Shown in pieces: positions 18,032-25,805 of a stretch of DNA of 25,805 nucleotides (its first letter is position 1; every line of letters begins with the position of its first letter). The notes beneath the pieces are model-generated. The model did no database searches. It was not told the origin of the DNA and saw nothing but the letters and a program-made list of their open reading frames with translations. The DNA comes from Chlamydiia bacterium. GTDB taxonomy: Bacteria; Chlamydiota; Chlamydiia; Chlamydiales; JBMOFD01. The DNA lies in contig JBMOFD010000021.1 in the NCBI GenBank assembly GCA_049314435.1, forward strand, positions 1 through 25,805, given 5' to 3'. Position numbers and translations under genes: made by a program.

Positions 18032-19491
18032 TGATCCGGCATTTCGGTTGGCTTCTTCTTCTCGCTGGATGCACCTCATTCAACGACACTCGTATGGCAG
18101 AGACTGCTGTGGAGGCTTGGTATCAGCTTAGACTCGAGGATGTAGCTCACACGATCGCTCAACACCCATGCAGCACGGTCAGCTGGCAGTTGACAGAACA
18201 CGAGGGACACCTTCTCGTCCAAGCTGAAGAAGCCCCTCTATTGGATCTACTGCAAGCCCTACTCCCTGACGTGGAGATTCAGCTTCCCGAGGAATGGGGT
18301 CTTCAAAAGGTCACCGCCCACCTGGAGGAGCCTTCCAAGGAAAAGCTAGCTGAACAGATCATCTCCTTACAAGGCGGCTCCCTCGTCCAGTCCGAGAAGA
18401 GTTGGACGGTCACAGCCAAAGAGGATCTAGCGGGGTCTGAAACCATCGTGGGGCGTACGCTTCTCCTCCACCATCTGCCTATTTCCACACTGCAAATTCT
18501 CCTTCAGGGCCCCCAGCCCACCACAGGAGCCACCACGACCCCAGACCAGGCTCCCACAGCGGCGGGGACCCTCCTCGGCGTCAGCGGATCTGTCCAAGCG
18601 GGCTATGGTACTGAATCCAACCAGCTCTTTTTACGAGGACCTCAGAGGGAGGTCTCAAGGTTGGTGCAGCTGATCAAGTCGATGGATCAAGAGCCGGTGC
18701 CCATCTTCATCGAGTGCGTGATGGCCTATGGGGTTGATCAAGACTCCATTACGGTCAATGCCCAAGCGGCTCTGCAAACGGGGCAGCTGCAGCTCAATTT
18801 GGCGGCTGTGCCGTTTCAAACGGAGAACACGCCGCCCACTCAGGGGGTGATCTCGCTTTCCGTGCTTGACATGCTCAGTCCCCTGACTGTGTTCTCTCCT
18901 GGCACCCTAGCCCCTGGTTCGGTGCCAGCTAACCTCATTGCCTACGTCAATCGACTGCAGGGTAGCGTCATTGCTCACCCACAAGTCTACTGCCTAGGCG
19001 GATCCTCTGCTTCGATCTATCGAGGGCAAGTCGGCTATCGATTTTTCACCCAATCGTCAGGCGACTCTTCTACGATCGGCGTGAATCCCATCACCGTCGG
19101 CGTGACTCTGACCGTCACACCCATTCTCATGCAGGGAGGGACTGTCCAAGCGACCATTGATCTCAAAGCCAGCAAATTTGTTCAGGATAATCCCTTTCTG
19201 GTGGCCAATCAGCTGACTACCGAGACCCGCAGTACCGTACAAGTGCGCCCTGGACAGGTCGTGCACATCTCAGGTCTGCGCTATCCCATCAGTCAGGCTG
19301 CGACGAGTGGAACGGCATGGGCACGCAAAGTCCCCGTCCTCAAATGGCTGATCTCGGGAATTGACAATCAAGCCAACATCCAGGATCTGGACCTCTTCAT
19401 TGTCATCCGTCCGCAAGCCACTGGACTAGGTCCGATGACCTCTGCTTTGAGCATCCCCCAACGGATGTTTGAGCTGTCGGAGGGATCGTGA
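18031..19491 (+). CDS. Lipoprotein secretin, paralog 3
   Basis: LLLAGC lipobox; ESNQLFLRGPQREV; VGVTLTVTPILMQGG; STVQVRPGQVVHISGL; KVPVLKWL; LFIVIRP. TGATG overlap with paralog 2. Confidence 0.88.
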   Translation: MIRHFGWLLLLAGCTSFNDTRMAETAVEAWYQLRLEDVAHTIAQHPCSTVSWQLTEHEGHLLVQAEEAPLLDLLQALLPDVEIQLPEEWGLQKVTAHLEEPSKEKLAEQIISLQGGSLVQSEKSWTVTAKEDLAGSETIVGRTLLLHHLPISTLQILLQGPQPTTGATTTPDQAPTAAGTLLGVSGSVQAGYGTESNQLFLRGPQREVSRLVQLIKSMDQEPVPIFIECVMAYGVDQDSITVNAQAALQTGQLQLNLAAVPFQTENTPPTQGVISLSVLDMLSPLTVFSPGTLAPGSVPANLIAYVNRLQGSVIAHPQVYCLGGSSASIYRGQVGYRFFTQSSGDSSTIGVNPITVGVTLTVTPILMQGGTVQATIDLKASKFVQDNPFLVANQLTTETRSTVQVRPGQVVHISGLRYPISQAATSGTAWARKVPVLKWLISGIDNQANIQDLDLFIVIRPQATGLGPMTSALSIPQRMFELSEGS

Positions 19492-21005
19492 GATCAGCTT
19501 TTGCCCTACTCCTCCTTGCCGGATGCTCGAGCGGCCCGATCGTCACTGAAACGTCGGATACCCTAGCAGCCGCCCATCAGCAAATCCTAGCTGATGCCAT
19601 ACCCACCTATCACAATCGGCCCCATTCGAACATTGAGGAATTACGGCTCCAGCACACGACCAGAGGATGGTTATTGACTTTACAATGCCAGCAGTCTTCT
19701 CTCCATGAATTGCTCCGACGAATCTTGACCTCGGCTGAACAGCAGTGGTCCTTTGAGGGTCTGGAGCCTGTAGGAACGATCACAGCTCATCTAGAGAACT
19801 GTCCCCTTGAAGAGGCTCTTGAGACCCTTCTCCTGGAGTCCCCCTTCTACGCCATGAAGGCGGGCGATGATCCGTCCGATGTGCTATGGATCATTCGTGA
19901 CCGACCACCCATCTCGATCCCCACCTCCACAGAGCGTGCTGTAGCCCTGATTCCCATCCACCATATGGAGAGCACCAACCTACAGACGAATCTTCTCAGA
20001 GGACAGTCTTCTGGACTGATTCTGAATAGCCAAACTGTGCAATCGACCTCTGGTCAGGCCAACGACATCTTCCTTGTGGGCCTCCAACCTGATGTGCAGG
20101 CGCTCTCGCGCATACTCCGACAGAACGACCAGCCTCCGCGACATCTCTTCGTCGAGGCGTGGCTCGTGCAGAAGTTAGAGGAGATCGTTGAGGAGCTCAG
20201 CGCGCAGCTCCCCAATGCAGCCACCGCCTCAGCCGCTAGTGATGTGGATAATCAAACGATTGCCTCCGGTATACCCAGCCGCGCAGGCCACTGGTCGCAG
20301 ATCACAGCCCCTAACAGCCTTGATGTATCCTCCGGTCAAATAGCCTCCACAGGAGGCATTGCCCAGGGAGTCTTCTCTTCTGTGACGAACAACCCTGCTC
20401 TCTGGAACGTCCTCATGCAGATGCTGGTCACGCGCTTACGTACAGAGAACAACCTCCATCTACATACGGTCGCTCTATCGGGCCAACAGAGTCAGCTCCT
20501 CGCCGGACGCAACGGCTACCTGATCTACAACATTTTCGCGAATGGGGTTGCTACCGGACAGACTGTGCAAGTATCGGCCTCCTCTCAAGTCACCGTCACC
20601 CCCACACTCTTGCCAAGTGGCGAAATACGACTGCAACTCGATATCCGTGGAGCAGCCTTTGTTCCTGGACAATTTGGGCTGGTGGCCGAGGTGCGTTCTA
20701 CGGAATATACCTCAGTCGTCCAGATGCCACCCGGCGTAGCCGTATGCATCGGCGGTGTTTCTCAGATAGACCAGGTCTTTCAATATACCGGATGGTCGGG
20801 CCCTGAGCAGGTGCCCTTCCTGAGCCCCTTCTCAGGAGCCCAGGAATTGCAGGCTCGTGAATCGGGCGGTCACCTGATCATGGTTGCTTATGCACAAAAG
20901 CCCCCTCACTGGGAGCATCCTCCCATGGACATCCTGCCCGGTGTCCGTCTCATGGATGGTGGCGTGACCTCTAACCTGCAGGATGAGGGCCTCCGCCCTC
21001 AATAG
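19488..21005 (+). CDS. Lipoprotein secretin-like protein, paralog 4
   Basis: LLLAGC lipobox; GTITAHLENCPLEEALETLL; NDIFLVGLQPDV; VTVTPTLLPSGEIRL; SVVQMPPGVAVCIGG; QVPFL. GTGA overlap with paralog 3 and a GGAGG SD. Confidence 0.85.
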   Translation: MRSAFALLLLAGCSSGPIVTETSDTLAAAHQQILADAIPTYHNRPHSNIEELRLQHTTRGWLLTLQCQQSSLHELLRRILTSAEQQWSFEGLEPVGTITAHLENCPLEEALETLLLESPFYAMKAGDDPSDVLWIIRDRPPISIPTSTERAVALIPIHHMESTNLQTNLLRGQSSGLILNSQTVQSTSGQANDIFLVGLQPDVQALSRILRQNDQPPRHLFVEAWLVQKLEEIVEELSAQLPNAATASAASDVDNQTIASGIPSRAGHWSQITAPNSLDVSSGQIASTGGIAQGVFSSVTNNPALWNVLMQMLVTRLRTENNLHLHTVALSGQQSQLLAGRNGYLIYNIFANGVATGQTVQVSASSQVTVTPTLLPSGEIRLQLDIRGAAFVPGQFGLVAEVRSTEYTSVVQMPPGVAVCIGGVSQIDQVFQYTGWSGPEQVPFLSPFSGAQELQARESGGHLIMVAYAQKPPHWEHPPMDILPGVRLMDGGVTSNLQDEGLRPQ

Positions 21006-21109
21006 AACAGCTGCTTCAAGACCTCCGGAAAGAGAACCATGTTTGTTGAAAAATCGGTGTCGATCATAGTGACCAGACAACCACACGACCACGCCGCTGC
21101 CGCCACAAC

Positions 21110-22630
21110 ATGACTGTTATTTGCCCTCATTTGCCGAGCAAGACCGAGCGGTGGCGCGTCCTCGTTCACCTTGCACTCTTGATGATGACTGTGGGATGTA
21201 TCTCCGATCCGCAGTTTACGGTGCATGAGCGGGCCTTCCAGGGTGTACTGCAACTTGGATCGCGCTGGTCGCTCGACCAATATCGTGATATCAAAGATCA
21301 GATCGAACGGATCGAGGTCCATGGCAAAGGCCTAGATGCTCGAGTGACCTGTCATCTAGACCGTGCACCGGTTCATGAGGTTTTGGTAAAATTCCTCCAG
21401 GAAGCGGAAGTGCCGCACCTCATGGAGCAGATCAGGCTACAAGGCAACATATGCCTTTCTCTTGAGAAGATTCCTTTGAAGCGGGCGCTGGAGGCTCTCC
21501 TCTCCGACTCCGAGGCAGAGGCTGTTTGGATGCCCAATGCACAGGGAGCTGAATTCGTTGTCCTGAGGAATGCTAGGCCATCCAATCTACCGACTGCGCC
21601 TTCGACGACCTCGTTGTCTCCCATCATCCGATCCGCTCAGCTTCACCATCACCCAGTGAGCTCGTTACACACCTCTCTCTTCTCTGGAACCACCCCTTCT
21701 GCGGGCCTCTTTCCCGCAACCGGCGGAGCGGTCCAAATCGGTATGCAAACCGACACGAATCGGTTCTATTTCCGGGGTCCTCAGGAAGATGTGCAACAAT
21801 GTCTGCGCATGGTGCGTCAAGCGGATCAGCCCCAGCCTCAGATTCTGTTGGAGCTATACGAGATGCAGATCCATCCCAACTCAAATGCAGTCCGCATCAC
21901 CACACCATTCTGGGCCATTGAAACTCTTAAGAATAATCTGAATGTTGTGAGCACCGACCGCCCTCCATCACTGGTTGGAACGGTCACCCTTTCGCACCCA
22001 GGCACGGCGCCGGACGTTATAGCGGGGGGCAATACTGCTCCCCTCCGTGAGACAAGCGCAATCGAGGCTGTGGCTCGCTGTGGTCTTGTGGTTGCCCCAG
22101 GCCAGCCCGCTAGCATGGCCATTGGCGTCAATGGATATCTCCTCGTCTCCCTGGTCAGCTCAGGACTGACCACAGCGCTGTTGGAGCAGATCACGACAGG
22201 TCTACAGCTCAGTCTCACACCTTTTTTGCTACCCAACGGTCATTTTCAGGTGCAAATCTCCAGCAGTGTGAGCCGGTTCGTTTCCCGAAGTCTGTTTACT
22301 TTGGTGGCCAACACCACCAGTCAATCGGTATCGACTACCCTGCAGGTGCCCAATGGCGGATTTGTCATTCTAGGCGGCTCTGTATCACCAACCACGAATC
22401 AAGAGTGGCTTGGGCCCTTGTGGCTACGAGGGGTGCCTGGAATGGCATGGATCTATGGCAGCACTGTCGATTTGGCCCAGAGGATTGAGGTGGTCTACGT
22501 ACTGAGACTCTCACTATGGAAGCCCCAGCTAGGATTCTCGGAAAGTGGAACCACCATGACAGGCATTCCCATCCCGGCACCTGACGAACCCCACGGCATC
22601 CCCAATATCAGCCTAAACGGGATTCTATGA
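21110..22630 (+). CDS. Lipoprotein secretin-like protein, paralog 5
   Basis: MTVGC lipobox; HLDRAPV; DTNRFYFRGPQEDV; TGLQLSLTPFLLPNG; TTLQVPNGGFVILGG; WLRGVPGM. Exact start is uncertain. Confidence 0.85.
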   Translation: MTVICPHLPSKTERWRVLVHLALLMMTVGCISDPQFTVHERAFQGVLQLGSRWSLDQYRDIKDQIERIEVHGKGLDARVTCHLDRAPVHEVLVKFLQEAEVPHLMEQIRLQGNICLSLEKIPLKRALEALLSDSEAEAVWMPNAQGAEFVVLRNARPSNLPTAPSTTSLSPIIRSAQLHHHPVSSLHTSLFSGTTPSAGLFPATGGAVQIGMQTDTNRFYFRGPQEDVQQCLRMVRQADQPQPQILLELYEMQIHPNSNAVRITTPFWAIETLKNNLNVVSTDRPPSLVGTVTLSHPGTAPDVIAGGNTAPLRETSAIEAVARCGLVVAPGQPASMAIGVNGYLLVSLVSSGLTTALLEQITTGLQLSLTPFLLPNGHFQVQISSSVSRFVSRSLFTLVANTTSQSVSTTLQVPNGGFVILGGSVSPTTNQEWLGPLWLRGVPGMAWIYGSTVDLAQRIEVVYVLRLSLWKPQLGFSESGTTMTGIPIPAPDEPHGIPNISLNGIL

Positions 22631-24189
22631 GCCACATCAGCCCCCTTCATCAGAGCCTCATGCCCTGGGCTGTGCTCCTAAGCTCCTGTCTCCTTTCAGG
22701 CTGCATTAGCGAAGCAAGGCCTCACCCATACCGATCCGCTTTCATGGGCGTGCTTGCTCTGAACGATGATAGGTCTATCCAACACCTCTCCCAACAAAAG
22801 CCTCTTAGTACACAGATCTCCATCGAACCAGGCAAAGAGGGTACTGAGCCCCTCATCACTCTCTGCGTCGAGGAGACTGCCCGTGAAGCGCTACTGAGCT
22901 ATCTCCTGTTGGGCTCTCAAGTGTCCTATCTCATGGACCATGTGGAACCATCTGGGGTGATCTCCCTCTGCATGCATCGAGCCCCGTTATCGACGGTCTT
23001 GCAGGCGATCCTAGCTCCCGTAGAAGCAGATGCGGTCTGGGTGGAAGAGCCCTCCGGGCGAGTTCTCCATATTTGCAACCGAGATGACCGGGTGTGGGCT
23101 CCAGCAGCAGCGCCGCCAGCCTCTCCTCCATCAGCCATTGTGAAGACGTACGACTTTCAGCATCTCCTTGCGGCTGATCTGCAAAGCCGTCTTTTTGTAG
23201 GAACAGGATCTCAGCCCGGGATCTTTCCTCCTAACTCAAGTTCCATCCAGGTGGGGGTTGATCCGTCACAGAACACCCTTCTCTTTCGTGGACCTGCTGA
23301 TGCCGTACAGCGCTGCCTCCGCATCGGCAGACTGGCGGACCAGCCTCCCCCAAAAATCCGTGTTGAGGTCATGGAGTTCATCCGACGACCAGAACTAGAT
23401 TCCGTTAGCTTAATCCCCAATCACGTCGTCGGGGAGGACAACGATCTATCTATGGGGTGGAGCCCCTTTTCCCGGCCCCCCGCCAATAGAACCATACTAC
23501 CTGGGGGCCTCCTCATCCAGGCGGCCCAGGGACTCCACCCACCAAAGGGTGGTCTACCCTATGGACTTCTCAACTATACGGCACTCCATACAAGCAGCTT
23601 TTCGGACTTGATCTCTCGGAGCATCCTCCTCGTCTCGAGTGGGCAGAAGGTCTCCATGCAGTCTGGGAGGAATGGATACATCCTCGTTCCGCAATTCAGC
23701 GCTGGCATTCCCATTGGGCAGACCCAGGAGATTCAAACCGGGGTGATCTATGATATCACTCCAACCGCCCTGCCTACTGGTCAGATCCGCGTGACTCTGA
23801 ACTGCAACAACTCACTGTTCACGCAGAGTAGGTTCGTCGCTGCCAATACATCGACGACCACAAGCCAAACCGTGGTCCAGATCTTGAACAATGGCTGGAT
23901 CGTCGCCAGTGGGCTCTACCTGGCTAACTCGACCACCAATATCCAGGGAGCTCCCACCTGGATACGGAAGTTGCCCATGATTGGGCCGTTCGTCTCCGCG
24001 CTCGTATATACCCCCCAGACCACTCAAACCCTCCTGTTCATGAAGTTCTCAACGGAGCAGGGAGAATACCCCCTCGACGGAGGATTCCATCTCGACCAAA
24101 TCTACAACATCCCGGTCACCGATCTCCCCGCTGGCATCGACAACTTAGGTGAGTCTCGATCCGCGCTGGCACCGGGCAGTCGTCTATAG
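22627..24189 (+). CDS. Lipoprotein secretin-like protein, paralog 6
   Basis: LLSGC lipobox; VDPSQNTLLFRGPADAV; TGVIYDITPTALPTGQIRV; TVVQILNNGWIVASGL; RKLPMIG. ATGA overlap with paralog 5. Confidence 0.85.
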   Translation: MSHISPLHQSLMPWAVLLSSCLLSGCISEARPHPYRSAFMGVLALNDDRSIQHLSQQKPLSTQISIEPGKEGTEPLITLCVEETAREALLSYLLLGSQVSYLMDHVEPSGVISLCMHRAPLSTVLQAILAPVEADAVWVEEPSGRVLHICNRDDRVWAPAAAPPASPPSAIVKTYDFQHLLAADLQSRLFVGTGSQPGIFPPNSSSIQVGVDPSQNTLLFRGPADAVQRCLRIGRLADQPPPKIRVEVMEFIRRPELDSVSLIPNHVVGEDNDLSMGWSPFSRPPANRTILPGGLLIQAAQGLHPPKGGLPYGLLNYTALHTSSFSDLISRSILLVSSGQKVSMQSGRNGYILVPQFSAGIPIGQTQEIQTGVIYDITPTALPTGQIRVTLNCNNSLFTQSRFVAANTSTTTSQTVVQILNNGWIVASGLYLANSTTNIQGAPTWIRKLPMIGPFVSALVYTPQTTQTLLFMKFSTEQGEYPLDGGFHLDQIYNIPVTDLPAGIDNLGESRSALAPGSRL

Positions 24190-24199
24190 GCGGGTACGC

Positions 24200-24215
24200 T
24201 GGCACGGTTTTTGCT
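24200..24215 (+). promoter_or_regulatory. Sigma54 (RpoN) -24/-12 promoter
   Basis: TGGCAC-GGTTT-TTGCT is an exact TGGCAC-N5-TTGCW match, 31 nt upstream of ATG 24247. Confidence 0.85.
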
Positions 24216-24246
24216 TCTCAAAAGAGTTGCCGAAACCGAGTTGGTT

Positions 24247-24420
24247 ATGGACCCGAACAACATGCTGAATAACAAAATTGCCTACCTCGAATTCACCTGT
24301 GATCAGCTCACCACCGAGTTGCGCTACCTCGACGAGCTCCTACGCGCCGTGGGATTCCCAGACGGGATTAAGACTCTCAAGGAAGCTGCAGAAGAAGTGA
24401 TCGACGAGGACGAGAGCTAG
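24247..24420 (+). CDS. Small acidic conserved protein (resembles chlamydial CT652.1-type proteins)
   Basis: KIAYLEF..DQL.TEL.YLDELLR.VGFPDG..T.K pattern recalled from small Chlamydiae proteins. It lies downstream of a sigma54 site. Confidence 0.75.
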   Translation: MDPNNMLNNKIAYLEFTCDQLTTELRYLDELLRAVGFPDGIKTLKEAAEEVIDEDES

Positions 24421-24687
24421 CGTCTCGGAGCTCCGCTCCGAACCTGGCTGGAGGATGGAATCCTCCAGACCTCCTGGTATGGAGAGGCGTTGGAGAGCGA
24501 CTCTTAGTCGCTCCCCAACAACCACTCCAAGTCCTGGTTATCCAGCTCTTGCAGCTGCATATCAGCGCACCCTCCTACATGGATCCTTCCCTGACAGCTA
24601 GAAAGTTCTGGCAGGGGGCACCGGTTAGAAAACCGTTCGGCAGGAATCAAGACCGTTTGATAGAGTCGGCCCGAATGGGTCATCTCT

Positions 24688-25704
24688 GTGAAATTTAAAC
24701 TCCTTCGTCTGTTTGTAAACAAATCTCTCCTCTGCGCGGGCGGACTGCTGGTCATCCAGCAAATCCTAGCAGCCTCATCCTCGTTTTGGATTGCGGGTTT
24801 CATTCGGTCGATTCAGGAAAGCCAAAATCCATTGCTGTGGCTGGGGCTCTACATGAGCTCGCTATTCCTCCCCTATTTCCCCGGCGCAGCCTCTATCGTC
24901 CAGATGGCAAAAGCTAAGGCCCTGATCTCCGTTGAATTTGTAGGCCAATTCCGGGAGAAATTTCGGGGATGCCTGTTGAGGTGGTCGAACTCAAAAGACC
25001 ATTCACAAACGGCCTCCATACTCAGTGGAGAAGCTCCTCAGGCCCTTGGAGCCCATCTGGACTATATCTACCACTTCTCTTCGTGTGGTCTGAATGTTCT
25101 GCTCAATCTAGTTGCCGTTGCCGTCATTGTCGACCTCTCCTACCTGGCCTCCTATGCTATCGGAATCACTTTGGCAGGGATCGTATTGAAGATTCAGGCA
25201 AAGAGGAAGCGAGGCCTCTCCCTGGAAGCTCAGAGCGAGCGCATTCGATGGACAGAGACTGTGCTCGCTCTGTGGGACAATGTGCTTCTCAACAACAAGT
25301 ACAACCTGGACCTCTGGTCCAGGTCTGCCGATGAGAGAGCAGCCCAGCTGGTCTCTAAACAGGTTGGTCTGGAGCGATTCAGCCAGAGGGTTAGCGTGGT
25401 GCTAGCCTTCCTGCTATTAGGACCCACATTTGTTCTGGTGACCTACTTGGTCATCCAGAATCTCGCTCATCCATTATTCCTGGGCCTGATCGCCGTAACG
25501 TTACCCCGTCTCTTCCAGGTGCTCGCCTATTCCTACGAATTTCTGTTCTTGCTCTCCGCCTTCCCAGCCCAGCGCGCACGTGTAGAAACGATTCTTACTC
25601 CGCTGGAAACGGCCCCAAAGTCAGAAATGGATACAGATGAGATCAAGCATCGTGTTCAGTGGGACAGCATTGTCTGCAGCAGTTCTGATGGTAGCCGCTC
25701 CTAA
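24688..25704 (+). CDS. ABC-exporter-type transmembrane domain protein, possibly C-terminally truncated
   Basis: About six hydrophobic helices in three pairs with long cytoplasmic loops. The ORF stops shortly after the last TM, with no Walker A in any frame up to the window end. Confidence 0.6.
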   Translation: MKFKLLRLFVNKSLLCAGGLLVIQQILAASSSFWIAGFIRSIQESQNPLLWLGLYMSSLFLPYFPGAASIVQMAKAKALISVEFVGQFREKFRGCLLRWSNSKDHSQTASILSGEAPQALGAHLDYIYHFSSCGLNVLLNLVAVAVIVDLSYLASYAIGITLAGIVLKIQAKRKRGLSLEAQSERIRWTETVLALWDNVLLNNKYNLDLWSRSADERAAQLVSKQVGLERFSQRVSVVLAFLLLGPTFVLVTYLVIQNLAHPLFLGLIAVTLPRLFQVLAYSYEFLFLLSAFPAQRARVETILTPLETAPKSEMDTDEIKHRVQWDSIVCSSSDGSRS

Positions 25705-25805
25705 AAACCTAAGTAAATCTATGCATTGCTAAGGCAATACTTGATTTTATCCTAGGACGTCACCCGAGCAGTACTGGTGGCGGATTCGCGTGCCGGAGTC
25801 CCACC

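Noticed and set aside
24167..24182. Second TGGCAC sigma54-like site
   Set aside because: Lacks the TTGC -12 element and lies inside the paralog 6 CDS.
14629..24189. Array as a standard T2SS, T4P, T3SS or Tad locus, or a filamentous prophage (pIV)
   Set aside because: No prepilin motifs, secretion ATPase, platform proteins, Zot/pI or replication gene inside or beside it. No gspD or pilQ symbol was assigned.
1..25805. CRISPR array, integrase or transposase
   Set aside because: No regularly spaced repeats, no recombinase or transposase motifs, and no duplicated tRNA 3' end was seen.

Overview
This is a bacterial chromosomal window. The gene order (hpf, tRNA-Arg, recO, tRNA-Leu, RMD1/YagE, LysM protein, pheT without pheS, MORN-variant lipoprotein) and a sigma54-driven small gene suggest an environmental Chlamydiae genome; this is inferred from recalled synteny, not a search. 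The left 14 kb holds mostly core genes, three tRNAs, a two-component pair whose response regulator has an apparently catalytically dead PP2C domain, and a few orphan ORFs. The standout is a 9.6-kb array (14629-24189) of SIX tandem, divergent secretin paralogs, with overlapping start/stop codons at four of five junctions. All six carry lipoprotein signals and a minimal N0+N3+secretin architecture. No T2SS, T4P, T3SS, Tad or phage partner genes flank them. The first copy has a collagen-like/Pro-rich insertion. The array is a candidate hetero-oligomeric or diversified outer-membrane channel system. Also notable are two structured intergenic regions (883-1083 and 24425-24680) and an ABC membrane domain lacking its ATPase.
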